From Magallana gigas (Eukaryota), in the NCBI RefSeq assembly GCF_963853765.1, contig NC_088857.1, positions 31,868,001-31,932,000 of the forward strand: a stretch of 64,000 nucleotides of DNA, read 5' to 3'. The position numbers were made by a program, and so were the translations under genes. Shown piece after piece: positions 26,303 through 40,596 of the stretch. The notes below the pieces were generated by a model, which was not told where the DNA came from, searched no databases, and was given only the letters and a program-made list of their open reading frames with translations. The stretch's first letter is position 1. Every line of letters starts with the position of its first letter.

Positions 26303-28211
26303 TTTAGTAATTATACAGGCTAATATTTTAAATATAAGGTAAGGCTATCTTATTAAAAAGGAAATAAACTGAAATTCGATTAAAGTGAAGCTAATTTTTT
26401 CTTCGGAATAATATATTCTTAAAAATATAGAGTATTTCACCCCTTGTTATGATTCTTTATTCAAAACTTGAATAATTACATTTCGATGTTTTATAGTACA
26501 TGTACTACCAGGGACATTTATGTATATATATGTATCACCGGTGCTATGGACACGGAATGCACCGATCCAGTTTTTTTTCCTTGGGGAGGGGGGGGGGGGG
26601 GTGGGTTCGGAGTGACAATTTAGTTTGCCAGGGGGTCAGAGGCATATTTTCGATATTTCTTTATGTATATTTAAATTTTCAAGGGGGTCCGTCCGGTCAA
26701 TGATACGCGTTTTGTCACTGCCGGTTTAGATTTACTTTTGATACTCAGCTTAGCATTAGCTTTGAAATTCATGATCATTTATACGTTCTAATTAGAAACC
26801 AATGATATTTTTTCATTATAGCCGAAGCACTTGTTCATGTCTTGAAAATGATGCTCAAAATCACACATGTATTGCATTTAACTTGGATTTACACGAAATA
26901 ATTTAATTGAATGATCAGCCCAAGTTTGTGGGATCCCATTTAATACAGGTTAAGAAGCCCGATAATTAACAGTGTTTTAAAACTTACGCACACTTGTATT
27001 GATTGGCAAAATGTGAATATAATAATCTTCGTTTCGGGATAGCATTGTAACGGGATTAGCAAAACCAGGCACGTTGGTGTCTCAATGGCAAAACAACTAC
27101 CATTTACTTAAAATGATATATGTCGCATTAATCCACGTAAATATCTTATGCCAAAAGCTATCTGATAAATAAATTAAATAATTCATTAATATTGCTAGTA
27201 ACGATTAAAGTTAACAAAATTGGTTAATAATGTTTACATTCACGTAATAAAAACTGTGTTTGTTTCGTGGAGACGGAAGACCTTAATGATAAGACAGTGT
27301 TCGGTGAAAACTTTCTCGCTTCTGAACTTCCAGTAAAAAAAAAATAAGAACCTTAAAAATGGATGAAAAACACTCCAAAATTAATCTAAAGATTCACAAT
27401 TCACTCCTTGTATGTGCCAAATTTCCATTTTATCATGCAACTTGATAAACTGGTTCACAGTTTCCAAAACTCGGAAGTGGAGTGAAGAAAAACGAGGAGA
27501 ATAATTTTGTTATCATGAGCAGTAAGTACATGTTTGTTCTTATTTATTTTCTTCACCCAATTTTAGCCGCAAGCGAGTTCACCTGTGTCACGTGTTTCTG
27601 TTCAATCTGGTTTCTGCTCGCACGTGTCTTACACGTGTATATCTCCATTCTTTGTAGAACAATAGGGTGCTAATTAATATACACAGACTGACACCTGTAG
27701 ATACTGCCATGTAAATTGGTGGATGCTTTAGGACAATAGGATAGTTATTAGGTATACACAGAATGTGTCTCCTTGGTCAGTTGACTTATCTATAAGGAAT
27801 TCATAATGAACACAACAAAGACTTTTGATGCTACATGTAAAGCTTATTTGTAATTGACATCAACACAATATTTAAAAGTTATTAAAAAGATATTATAAAT
27901 GAAATGAATGTGCAAGTAATAAAATGTTGAAAAAGTATATTATCATATATAGTCAATGTAATACAAATCATTGCATTCCTAAAACTATATGCATTGATCT
28001 AAATTGATAACGTTTAAATACAGTTTTGTTACTATACTTGTATTGTTTTCATTTTAAGGAAATATTTATAAGTAATATGAACAGAACCATATTTTAATTT
28101 TGTCATTAGTACAATTGGCAACATTTTAAAAAACATTATATAGTCTGGCATCATGTCTATTATAGACTGTGCACTGTTGTATTCTCTCATGGGGGGGGGG
28201 GGGGGGGGGGG

Positions 28212-28393
28212 GGAGTGAAGACTTTTGTTAGGAACCGTTTCTATTGTTATAGTCAAATTATTTTACTACTCCTATTACAAAGTAAACTCATATATCAACT
28301 TAGGAGTGAAGACTTTTGTCAGGAACCGTTTCTATTGTTATAGTCAAATTATTTTACTACTCCTATTACAAAGTAAACTCATATATCAACTTA
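28212..28393. repeat. 91-bp tandem duplication (2 copies)
   Basis: GGAGTGAAGACTTTTGT(T/C)AGGAACCG...ATATCAACTTA at 28212 and 28303. Confidence 0.9.
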
Positions 28394-28479
28394 TATTCTT
28401 CGAATAATATTAATTATACATGTGTATAAAATTTTTCTTTTTCTTTTTAAAATAAAAGTTTTCTTCTGAGACTGTAATC

Positions 28480-28660
28480 TAAGTTCATTTCAGAAGAAAT
28501 TGGAATGTGTCCTCTACATGTATTTCATCTACAGAGTTTTCATGTGCACTCAGTCTAGACAAGTTCACCCTGAAATGGTGCAGTCTCTATTTTCAGGGAT
28601 AGTACCCCACATCGAAACTGTGCTATTGTTGATCTAGCTAACAATATGTTTAGGAATGTT
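28480..28660 (-). mobile_element. LINE ORF2 3' fragment, degenerate
   Basis: Minus strand RSTIAQFRCGVLSLKIETAPFQGE...VEDTFQFLLK resembles the QFRCG..L.IETGR...VEDEFHFLL motif of LINE ORF2. Confidence 0.65.
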
Positions 28661-31600
28661 CATTGAGATGTATAATTTTCTAGGCAAGAATTTTCCTTTG
28701 ATAGTTTTTATGTTCTTAATTTAGGAGTATTTAATGTGGATATCCATTTGCCATCTTAGTTCATGTTCTAACTGCTGTTTACTGATATGAGTTAATATAT
28801 ACATGAAGTACATGGGGGCATATTTCCATAGGCTGCCAGTATATCTACATCATCTAGAATAGACATTGTGGTTTTATGAATAGTCCTTGTTACACTACTA
28901 CATGTACATTTTAATAAGTGTATTGTCAAACAACAATATTCATGTACATGATATACCATATGACTGCCCAGAAAGACAACAACTTCAGTAAATAATGAGT
29001 AACATAAATACAAGGCTTTTAGTTACTAAAACATCTTGTCAATGAATAGAAGAAGTCGATCAGAAATAATTAAGTACTACATGTAGGTAACTGCAAGTTA
29101 AAAATCAGAATTAATCCTTTAAAACCTATGGCCAAAAATTTTCAGAGAATCGAGAGAAAGAAAACAAATCCGGTATATATAATCATGTTCATATTAATTA
29201 ACTTTGAAACAAACCGGGGAGAGAGAGAGAGTTGTTGAACATTAGGGTTCACTGGTTAAAAATACATGTATGTATTCAGAGCTTTATTTAAGCTCATTGA
29301 GCAGAGTATTAGGACCAATATTCTATGTCTGTCTGTCGGTATGAATGAATGAGGTGATGGGTTTATAAATGTAGGAATGAATGTGTTCATGTATATGCTA
29401 AACAACAAGTTAATTTATCATCATATGACAAAAGTCAAGCTTATTATTTATTATCCAATTATCCTTTGTTTTGTATACAAATATATCAATAACATATCAC
29501 TCTGTAAACTGGTAAATTATACTACATACTATATTATACTATATTCTATGATTATTTTATAACACCACTTCTTGACTTTTTATTTTGGAGAGGGTTTATA
29601 TAGGCTTTGCCTGTTGCCTAATCCATTTGATTACTCAATAAAATATGCTTAAATTAGAGTATTAGGAAAAATTTAATATGAAACATAACTATTGAATAAA
29701 CATTTAAGTGTTTATAGTATAACCTCACAATATCCATAAAAGTACCACTGAGACCAACATAATACAACTGCATAATAAATAAATGTTATTTACGAAATTA
29801 ATGGGTTCCAGCTTCTGATCCGCCATTCAGTAGATATTTTAAAACAATCTTGACTAATAAATGTCAGTCATATAATAATGATTCCAATATAAGTCAATCA
29901 GATGAGCAAATCTAATGTTTTGAGGCTGTATGATCGAGCTATAATTTTTGAGAACCTGAAATTTATCACTATTATGGGACCCAGTTCATTTAACAGGCAT
30001 GGGAGTAATTACTTTTTCATAAAGGAAAAGCATGGGACAAAAACTTCCTTAGGTACCCGTGGGATGAACACTTCTTTAAAAATGAGTTACAATTCTCAAC
30101 TAAAGAGGAACAATTAATATCTTTAAACATATTTCATTTTAAAAAAAATAATCATTTAGGAGGGAGTTACTCTCATTATTATCCAAAACTGTGTGACTTG
30201 CTCTCTTTAACTTACACTAAAATTCTATGAAAAGATGAAATTAGAAAGCTTATGCAATTCTGAGAAAAAATATGCATCATATTGCCAATTCCATTGAGGT
30301 CTAAGAAAAATATAGCCATTTAAGTGAACCTACCATTTCCCCATACCTCTATTTAACACAGATTCATGGGGCTCTCCTTTAGTAAAACATATTAACTTAA
30401 TCTTTTAGACATCAATTGTTGTTCAACCACCTTATTCAGTACTACATACATCTACATAATATTACCATGATAAAAGCATCAAATCACTTAGAAATACTCT
30501 TACATGTATTACACTCCCCCTATTTTGATTGTCATAAAAAGCATTTATAGTTTGAAATATTTTACCTAATATTATGAAATTTGTGGCAATTTTCTAGGGT
30601 CATTTCTTACACATATTTGAAATAATCATCACTGATGCTCAGAAATTGCTCTTTTTTTGGTAAATTGGATGATTTGTAGCATTTTTATTCACAACTAGAC
30701 ATGCCATCCTGCATGTGTTTTTTTTTTTTTTCATGAAAATGGAAGTTTAACAATCATATTTAGTGAATATCTTATCTATTCTGGTTTCTAGTCTCCTTTT
30801 GATAAACCATATGCATGCTAAAACAGTAGGACCTGCAAGTATGATATATATGCCTACCTAATTTAATTTAAATAAAATTCAAACACACCAGGGTAGCTGG
30901 AGATGGATAAGAATTTCATGAAAAATGTTCAATTTTTACATGTATTTCTACATTTTTGACGCATATATACAATAAAAGGGTAAAAATATGTTGATTCTTG
31001 TTCGATTCAATAGAAGTACCATAAATATAGTAGCTAGATGTTATTTGAAGGTCAAGTGTACCTTTACATATCATACATGTATATGCGTAATAAAAGAAGA
31101 GAGATGATTTTTTAACTAATGTAAAAACATCTTAAATATCACTTTTGCACAGGATACATACACTTGGGTTTTTAAGGTTGATACTATGATAACTACATTT
31201 GTTTATATGTAATTACTACATTTGAAAGAGACATATTCTTATAAAAAAAAAATGGGTATTTATAATTAGTCAGGTTTCTTAATGTTATTTCATAAAACCA
31301 GAGAGCAACTTCACTGCAGATTTATAAATTTAATGATTAAATTGATAAAAACTGTTTTTATCGCTTATCTCAGTAATTAACTTAAGCCTATAAATTGTCA
31401 TCAGGATAGGAAATTCCAACTTTCTGGGTAGGCCAAATTTTACTCAAGTGGTGGCCATTCTACACATGTAACCGAAGAGGGAGTATTTATAAACTCTCCT
31501 TCTGTATGCATATAAAAATAATTGTTTACATTGTACCTTTTGTAATTAAGTCTCCCAAAGGAAGTTTGGAGACATTGTTTTTGAAAGCAGTTTCTTCTTT

Positions 31601-31994
31601 TTTCTTCTTTCTTGCCTTTGAACTTGTCCATCGCGTTTCTCAGAGATGGTTGAACAGAGTTGTACACAACTCAAGGATATGATAGGCCTGCATACCCTGT
31701 TTTAAATTTTGAATTTATTGTTTTTAAATTGGGGTTGGGCAACCATAGTTTTGGGGGGTCAAATAGGGGTGGGGTCTAACATTGAATCCTTAGGGAAAAA
31801 TTATACACTATATTGTAAATGGTTATAACTTGAAAACCGTTAAAGATATTGACATGGATTTTTCAAATGCTAAATATATTGAGTGTTAATTATGGTCAAT
31901 ACATGGTACATTATAGATATGATCTCTGGGGACTATAAATATTCCCCAACCCCCAGGTTAATGGGAAATTACCTAATATTTGAAAAACCGTGAC

Positions 31995-32475
31995 TCCTCA
32001 CCCTTAAACCATAAATATTCTTGTTCCTTGTGTAATGGGGCACCATATGGTATATAGGTTATGGCCAATTATGGGGGTGGTTCCGTCTACCCCTGACACA
32101 GGAAGTGCCCTAATTTAAATATCTCATTAAATTCCTATGAGATCCCCAACCCCAGACTACTTATATTCTTGTCATTTGTGTTAAGGGGCACCAAATGGTA
32201 TGTAGGTTATGGGCCCTGGGGGTTTTCCTGACCCCCATTGAACAGGAAGTGCCCAAATATCTCAAAAATGGTTGAGATCCCCCACCCCTAAACTAAATAT
32301 ATTTTTGTTCCTTGTGTCAAGGAGCATCAAATAGTATATAGGTCATGGGCCCCAAGGGTGGTCATGACCCCCCCCCCCCCCCCCCCCCCCTTTGAACAGG
32401 AAGTGCCCAAATATCTTGAAAATAGTCGAGATCCCCGCCCATTAATCATATATTTTCTTGTTCCTTGGGTCATGC
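31995..32475. repeat. ~145-bp degenerate satellite-like tandem repeat, ~3.3 copies
   Basis: Recurring CTTGTTCCTTGTGT..GGGGCACCA(T/A)ATGGTAT(A/G)TAGGTTATGG..CAGGAAGTGCCC..GAGATCCCC. Confidence 0.75.
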
Positions 32476-32563
32476 CGGTTCACCTGATGTACAGTATCAA
32501 ATCAAATCATATCAATCAATCAAAATTTTAAACAAAAATGAGTCTCCTTGCAGCAGTGAAAAG

Positions 32564-33109
32564 TAAGAGTTTATGGGTTTACATAAACATAAATATTTTC
32601 ATTAATATTCAATAGAATTGGTAATTTTTGGTATTTATTTTCTCAGAATTTGTTAAATCTTATTGTTATAAGCTCTATTAAGTCATTTCAAGAAGAATAT
32701 GTTATTGATGGTACATATAATTTAGCACGTGTAATTCATTAGATGGATATAATGACATTATCTAATAAATTAATACATTGGTTTTTTGAATACTAGTATT
32801 GCTTTTACTATAGACTATAAGATCAGACAATTGAATCATAAGAGTTTGTGGGTTTACATAAACAGAAATACTTTTATTAATATTCAATAGAATTGGTAAT
32901 TCTTGGTATTTATTTTCTCAGAATTTGTAAGATCTTATTGTTATAAGCTCTATTAAGTCATTTCAAGAAGAATATGTTATTGATGGTACATATAATTTAG
33001 CATGTGTAATTCATTAGATGGATATAATGACATTATCTAATAAATTAATACATTGGTTGTTTGAATATTGCTTTTACTAGACTATATGATCAGACAATTG
33101 AATCATAAG
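32564..33109. repeat. ~275-bp tandem duplication (2 copies)
   Basis: Copies start TAAGAGTTT at 32564 and 32839 and are near-identical. Confidence 0.9.
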
Positions 33110-34065
33110 TGTTTAGTTAACCCCAACATACAATCAATCAAGATGATATATTTAGAGGACTTTTTATCCTCTGGGATAAAATATCCCAACATGGTGATTC
33201 ATAGGATTTTAAATCCTATAAAAGCCTTTTAGAGGATTATTTATCCTATAAACACCAATGATGGGAGAAAAAATCCCACGGGAGTTTATATCCCACAAAG
33301 ATTTTTTTCTCCCATGGGATTTTAGTGGGGTTTGAGATGGGATGAAAAATCCCACCAAAATCCCATGGGATTTTGATATTTGAGAGACAATTACAAGAAA
33401 ACTAGAGCAATGTGTACATTCATGCTGACATGATAGGATCAAAGGAAAATGTCCCACCAAGATATATAAACAAAAGTAAGCTATGTCCAATGGAAATGGT
33501 AGCTAAAAGCCCGGACTTTGTCATGTCCGGACTTAAATGTCGCACTGTTTAATTTAACTTCATCAGATAATATTTTCGAAAAATATAAAAGAATTTAATT
33601 TATTTTAAAATTGCATTAACATATACATTATTCTATACAACTAACCGATTACTGATTGTGTAACCGGGTACCATCGTTCCGACCAAGTAACCGTTTAACC
33701 AGTTAGAGATTGCCATCCGCACTTTTTTTTTATTACAAAAATACAACAAAACTAACAAAATATCTTAATATTAAGGGTATGTATATACATAAATAACCTA
33801 ATAAAGCTACCATTCTGTTCCAACAGCTACCAGTCAGAGAACTCATAAACCGTGTTCTATCTTGAAGTCGTCAGCTACTTGAATAATTAGCTCATATCTA
33901 TACCCAATATTCATCTGAATTTTATAATAAGAAATAAAGTCAACACTAGAACAAAGCTTCTCCAATTTATCAGTCAGACTTGCAAACTGTAGGGTGTAAG
34001 ACTAAATAGCGAGCGGTTCTCTCTGCAACATTGTGGGGAGAAAGGTCTTTGAAACTGATCTTTAG

Positions 34066-37000
34066 CAAAGTGGCTTCTTCGGTTGTGATAGCATCAGGGG
34101 TTTCCAGTGCTGCCGCCAATTCCACGGAAGAAAACATTCAAGAGGAAACCATGACAGAAAACTACGCAGAGTTCGAAAAATCGACCGAGCGGTTTCCCTA
34201 GGTGCTCGAAATCTCCATTCGTAGCTTCACTTTTCGTGTAAGTGAAATCCCTTTAGGACTGATTGCGATTTTGGCTGTTATTGTGTGCATAATAATAGGA
34301 TCAATGGTCAGTTGACTGGCATAAGAGAGTCATCTGGGTAATCAGATTTTCATTAGAAACATATTTCTGTTGTTTTATTTTTCGCGCTTTGGTAATGAAT
34401 AAAAATATCATTTTTTGTTTGACAGTTGGATTACGCTGGTATGTCAATGTATTGGTATTACTATACGGAACCTTCAACTGAAAAGGATGGTATTAGTTAT
34501 TGGTTTTACTTCATTTTTGCGGAGTAAAATTTGCCATAATCGCTTTCTAACTTTAACAATAAACTATCTAGTTTTTCTTTTTCTAACATAAATGTAGAAT
34601 CCTCACTGTAGAAAGTACATTTTGCAACATAAGTGACTGAGCAATTAGTTGTTAGCGCATTACTTATGGTACTTATTCAAAAGTACAACTGGCTACGAAA
34701 TGAAATTAACACCAAAGATGCGAACTTATGAACTTCATTCATAATTTGTTCCTGTTGTACAGAAACGATATGGAGACATTCATGAGGCGTCTGGCGAATT
34801 CCCTCGTCAGAGATTCGAATATAACTTTGGGCAACAATCCAAAACGGCACGTATAGAGACCTTCATCAACGACGCCTTTACGCCTTTAGAGATGAATTTA
34901 TCCAATGTACGTACACATAATCCTAATTTTAAATTTTAAATAGAATGTACACTATCATTTCTTATAAACATTTAACTTTTTTCTCCAAATTGACATTTCT
35001 ATAAAAGGAATAATATTTTCTATTTTTATGTTGATAAGAACACTGTTTTAATGTTTTACATATCTACGGTACTCATTACAAAATTTCAGATCACAAAGAA
35101 CACAATGCCAACGTCGGACCCCCACGCTTACGAGAAGAGGGTGTCCATATCTGACCTCAATACCATGCTTGGTACAGAGGTGGGTGTCCTATCAGTCTGT
35201 AAGTTCATTTTAAAGCTGATTGGTTGAAAAGGGTGAATGACATGATAGGGTCATTGGGGGCCAATAAGACAAGGTATTTCGTGGGTTTTTTTTAATGATG
35301 ATATAGTTACACATTCAACAACCAATGCTTCTTGCGTGGAAGTTGGATTATTTATAATTTCAGTTTTTTAACACTTACATACCATCTCACTGATAAAGTA
35401 TCTTGTAAATAAATGTAAAAATAATTCTAAAGTTGGTGTTGAATAATGTAATAATGTGATGTATAATATATTCATCAAATGTAAATTTGTAATGGGCGAT
35501 ATCATATAGCAATGTAACTGAGAGTGCGAAATATGATTATATATATATATATATAACATGTATATCACATGCAGAATGTTGAACAACTACCTGGTCTGGA
35601 AGGTGATGGATCCCTATGACGTAGAACTTTCCGGGGAGTATGTCCCCGCCAGCCGCGAGTTTTACGTAGATAGGGTGTGTTCCCGTTGTGCACACATTTG
35701 ATAATTGGGTATAGAGCAATAGGTGTAATTTGTGTTGTGATAGCAATTATAGTCTGCTTTCAGTCAAAGATTTTACCAGGATTTTTTACTTGTGTTTAAT
35801 TATTCATTCATCAGCGCCATGAAACAAGAAATATATAGATATTTTGTTGTGTTTTAGACTTATCTAATAACTAATAACTGTCACCATTTTTTTTCACGTG
35901 ATAAAATAAAGATCATATTAATATTATTAGTCTTAAATTTCCGCTGACTGATAAGAAAAATAAGGATTAGAAGACTTTTACATTTTTGCCCATTTACTTT
36001 TAATATAAAACTCGATGAATTGAGGACAAATTGCTGGTCCCGAGCCAATTGGAAGCTGATTCAGTGGATAATTATATGATAAAGGGGAAAACTACACGGA
36101 CAGTCATGTGGGGTACTCCGTGTCTCTTTTTATAACTTGCATTGTAGCTGCAAAATATGTAAAACGCACGTTTATAATTGGTTGTTTGGTATCAACAGAA
36201 AGATGATTATGAAAAGAAACTGACCTTTATCACAAAATATTTCAATCTTCGAAGTAGCAGCCTTGACAGTAGATCTTATGATCGACATCACCGCTTTAGT
36301 ATATTGCGGGTCACTTTTCTGGATTTTCAAATCAGTAGCTCAATAAATTCCGACAAAAATAATAATTTAAGTACATGTAAATATTGATTCGATATACCTC
36401 AAACTGAAGAAGGTTGAAAATGTTTGAATCAGGTCTACATTTGAAAGGTTTTGTGAAAAAATATTTTCAGTTTTTGAAGCATATAAAAGTGCCTATTTAT
36501 CATCATATCATCATACATTAATTTGTCTAATAGTATTTTCTTCGATTATTCAAGCCACAGCATAAATGAAAATAATTAGCAGCGTTTTCTTTAGACACAT
36601 ATCCTCCATTTATGTAAGCAAAAACAATTAATGAATATTAATATATGATATTTTCTTTTCAAACTTGTAGCTGGAACTGGAACGAGCTGCTGGTGCCCGC
36701 CGGACTCCTTAAGTTCTCGTTCTACGACTACATGCTCCCTCACTTCATGAACTTTGGCTCTATGGGAAGCCATATAGCTCACCATCTTGTTTATGGCATC
36801 GATCACTCAGGTATTTTGTCATCTTAATAAGTTTCAATGAATTATTGTATCAATTTCATCATTTGATTTTTCAATCGTATGTTATAACGACTTTTCTTCA
36901 TTTTGAATTAAAATTATACATAAAGACCTTTTATGACCAGCTGTGTTCAGTGACATGCTAGGAACAACATGTATCGGAAATAATAATTTAATTCGTTGGA

Positions 37001-38398
37001 ATAGGGTGTTTTACAATTCATGTGAATATTTCATTCAAATTCAGAACTTACATAATTATCCATAAAACACATTGAGTTTCTTTCACTTCAGGTGGATACT
37101 ACAATGTGGAGGGCGTGTTTGAGGATTGTTGGAGCAACAGGACGACCAACAAGTGGATAGACGCCAAGAAGTGTGTGGAGAACTACTACAACAACCAGAG
37201 CATGGGTCCATTCACCATCCCAGGACAGACCATTCCTGTCAAGGTCTCTGGTATTGTCCTGGACCATTAGAGCAAACGTGCTTTCTTCCGTGTTCCGAAA
37301 CTATTTTTCATATTGCTGTGTGAATTCCTGGTTTTCCGTTTTATATATGATCTTATAGAATAGAAATTTTATTAAATACACAACTTTTTCAATCTTATTA
37401 AAGTAGGACTTGTTAATCGCTCTTCAACGATACGTTGTAAAGATTTAACAACATCCTGTTTGAGTCACCTCAGAGCCTATATTTTTATTCTTATCATGTG
37501 TCTATGTTCAGGTACCAGTCAATGGATTAAGATGGTCAGCAGAAGCAATGGCTGAAACTAGTGGAGTCCAGATAGCTTACAAGGTAAACATCCTTATTTA
37601 CAAACCAACTGATTTCTATCATATCTACGGTACAGTAAGGTTCACTTATTCATTAATCAAATGATGCTAGGGATTTTATATGCATTGAACTGGGTGGAAT
37701 TTATTACTTGTATTTTGTTTTGAAGGCTTACAAGAAATGGGTTCAGAAGAACGGTGGAGAGAAACTGGCTCCTGGATTAGGTCTGACCAACGACCAGATG
37801 TTCTTTGTCTCATATGCGCAGGTATACAATGTTAATGCATGCATTAACCAAAGCTAGCAGTTACTCGTCGTATACTATATACAATGTATATAAATATAAA
37901 AATAAAAATACATGTAACTATATTGTCCGCGAAGGTCAAAATAGAGTTCTTTTGAAATATCTTGATATACAATAAACAAATGTTTTTTTTGAAAATACCT
38001 CTTTTTATTAATAAAATTTTTATATTTTAGGTGTATTTTGGCGATTCTACTGTTAAACATTAATATTGATTTCGTTTACACTCAGGCTAGCTACTACAAT
38101 AGAAATGACAATGTCGCCTACTACAATGCCGTCCGAGGAACAGTGTCGGAAGACATTAGGTAAAACAGAACAGAACAATCTGCTATTTTATTGCTTTGTT
38201 CATCTGTTCATTTTGAAAAAAAAAACCCCAAAATATGCTTTGATAAAAGTTTAATGGTCCTGAAAATTAAAGCGAAATTTACATACATTTTGCAGAACAA
38301 ACAGTGCCTTGGCACAGATTAAGGAATTCTCAACAGAATTTAACTGTCCAGCAAAGACGCCCATGAATGCGGAAGTTAAGTGTGCCATGTATGGATAG
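34066..38398 (+). pseudogene. M13/neprilysin-like pseudogene, copy B
   Basis: ATG 34151 followed by TAG at 34199-34201; ~520-bp deletion in exon 2; exon 3 donor GT>GA; frameshift in exon 4; 5' part of exon 6 deleted; exon 7 to mid exon 10 replaced by ~1 kb of unrelated DNA; motif reads HHLVY. Exons 11-15 recognisable. Confidence 0.92.
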
Positions 38399-40269
38399 AA
38401 CCGAAAACGGATCCATTTCAATGCAAGAAGTTTTACAAACGTCACGTGAAATCATCTGCACACACCAAGTGTTGGGAATGAAGTTTGCAAGAATAAACTT
38501 ATACATTTTGTGAATTATTTGGAAACTCACTCCAATATACTCAATTCTAAGCAGATATGATCGTTTTAATGCCTATATAAAGCATTGTCAATAATATACC
38601 CAGTCTACATATTGGTAATTGAAAGCGTGCATAATATACAATCATATATGTACATGTATATAATAATAAATCTTTATTAACATACTCTATTAATAATCCT
38701 GACACACCGTATATGTGATTTCTATTACACATTCCCAGGACGTTGTACAGGAATTTCAAATAAATTTTTGAAAAGTTAATTTGTGTTTTAGTATTCTGTT
38801 AATTTTTATTATAAAAACTAACTTAAATCAAACAGCTTCAGCAGTATTTTTAATTTCTAAACTATACTCGTCAATTTTCTGCACTCAGCCACACAATAAT
38901 ATTGAAGTAATATTAACCGCCCTGTAAACCTCTTGAAGCCATCCATGTTTTTGCGCTTGTACAATTCCAATCAAAGATTGAAAAGATATTTCAAACTGTT
39001 AAAAAAAATTTGGCTTGTAAAATCGCTCCCCTTAGAGACGCTATGAAAGCGTATCCTTTTAAAGTAATTTAACAACTGTTATATAAATTGAAAACTTTAT
39101 TAGGTTAACATATTGGCGCCCCATTGAGGATCGCAAGTGCCCCATACCTTTTCACAAGAGTCAGTTGCCCATGAACTAACAAAAACAATGTGCTAAATGT
39201 TCAATATGAAAACTAGCTACAACTCAAGTCTCTTCATGCGAGAAAGCTACGAGACCATGCGAGGATCCAGAATTTTTTCCCAAGAGGGTCCGAGGGATAA
39301 TTATATTGTTTTTCCGAGGGTTAGGGGGGGTTGATATAGGCCAATTTTCTATAATTTTACTGAGCGAATTTAATAATTCTGAGTTACCCAGGTGGGGGGC
39401 CGGATCGACCCCTTCTTCCTCCCTAGATTCGAGCATGAGGTCTGTAGCTCTACGGAAAAGATACTGTAACAGCTCCTCATATAAAAAATAAAATTTACAG
39501 CACACAGTAATGGTATTTAAATCTAGCATTTATACTATTTTTAAACAATGCATATTTATTAACATAAAGTCGCTTATAACTCATATAAGCCTACGCCAAT
39601 CGTTCAGGAGCACAAGTCTACAGTGTTGCTATATAATTAGAACAATATTGATACATGTATTTCTATTGCTGCAAATGAAAAGCTGGGTAAAGTTTTTATC
39701 TATTTGTAAAAGTCTATAAAATTGTTTCTTACATATACAATTTGTTATCAATACTATAATTACATGTACTTGCACATTTTTTTTCCTTTGAAGAGCCGGC
39801 CCTTAAGATAGATTTATAAAGTTTCGCTATCCGGCAATTGGAATTGCCATTTGGAAAAAATTATTAAGTATAATTCTCACGTAAGAGAGATAAAAGAAAT
39901 TTGGCTCTCTGCCAAATTGAATTGTCAATTTGACAAAAATAACGCCATTTCCGTAAAGACAAATACATTTCTTCAGACTTGGCCCAACTTAATTACAATA
40001 AAAGTGTTTGCTGGACCAATTATTGATATTGTATCGTAATTTTTCAAGAGCCCTTAATAAGATAGAATAATTATATAAGGCGATCCGCTTATTAATTTGA
40101 AGTGCTACTTTGACAAATTATAAAGTATTACATGTATAATTGCATATTTTTTTCTTTCAAGAGCCCTTAAGAGAGATTTCTTGAGACGAATTAATTGAAT
40201 TTGGCTATCATCCAATTTGAGTTGCCATTTTGACAAAATCATAAAGTATAATTCTCACACAAATTTATG

Positions 40270-40596
40270 TAAGAAATATTGTAAATTTAGAGCGGGTAAT
40301 GCTAAATTACCTATTGAGATAGGTAGATGGTTTAATATTCCTTCCTGGAGAAAACAGAATTTGTAAATTACTAGTATTTGCCTGCAATGAAATTGGGGAT
40401 AAATTTCACTATCTTTTCAAATGTACTGATGTATATATATCCAGTTCAAGGGTTATATGTTTACCAAAATATTTCATAAGAAATCCAAATGTTTTGTTAA
40501 ATTTGAAACACTGTTTAATGTCACAAACATAAACCAACTTACCAATATTTGTAAACTATTAGATACTATATTTTAGAGAGTTAGCTCTCTTGGTAA
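40270..40596 (+). mobile_element. LINE ORF2 3' fragment (unit B paralogue)
   Basis: KKYCKFRAGNAKLPIEIGRWFNIP...; colinear with 13876-14256. Confidence 0.8.

Larger units (their letters stand above)
21094..33549. mobile_element. Large (12,456 bp) TIR DNA element, unclassified, no intact transposase visible
   Basis: ~260-bp TIRs starting AACAGTGCGACATTTAAGTCCGGACATGACAAAGTCCGGGC with few mismatches; TAAT duplicated at 21090-21093 and 33550-33553; single TAAT at the paralogous empty site 47230-47233. Confidence 0.88.

Noticed and set aside
31995-33109. Tandem repeats as a CRISPR-like array
   Set aside because: Eukaryotic context, no constant repeat with unique spacers, no cas genes; ordinary tandem duplications.
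21153-33490. Two near-identical small ORFs on opposite strands (21153-21353 +, 33209-33490 -)
   Set aside because: They are the two TIRs of the large element, not genes.
21096-33547. Classifying the large element as Tc1/mariner because of CAGTG...CACTG
   Set aside because: The flanks are AA/TT rather than TA; these bases extend the TIR and the duplicated target is TAAT.
35660-36690. Splice rescue of pseudogene B via a new donor (AGG|GTGTGT) and a new acceptor (TTGTAG|CTGGAA)
   Set aside because: The join would be out of frame, and the gene already has a stop at codon 17 and several deletions.
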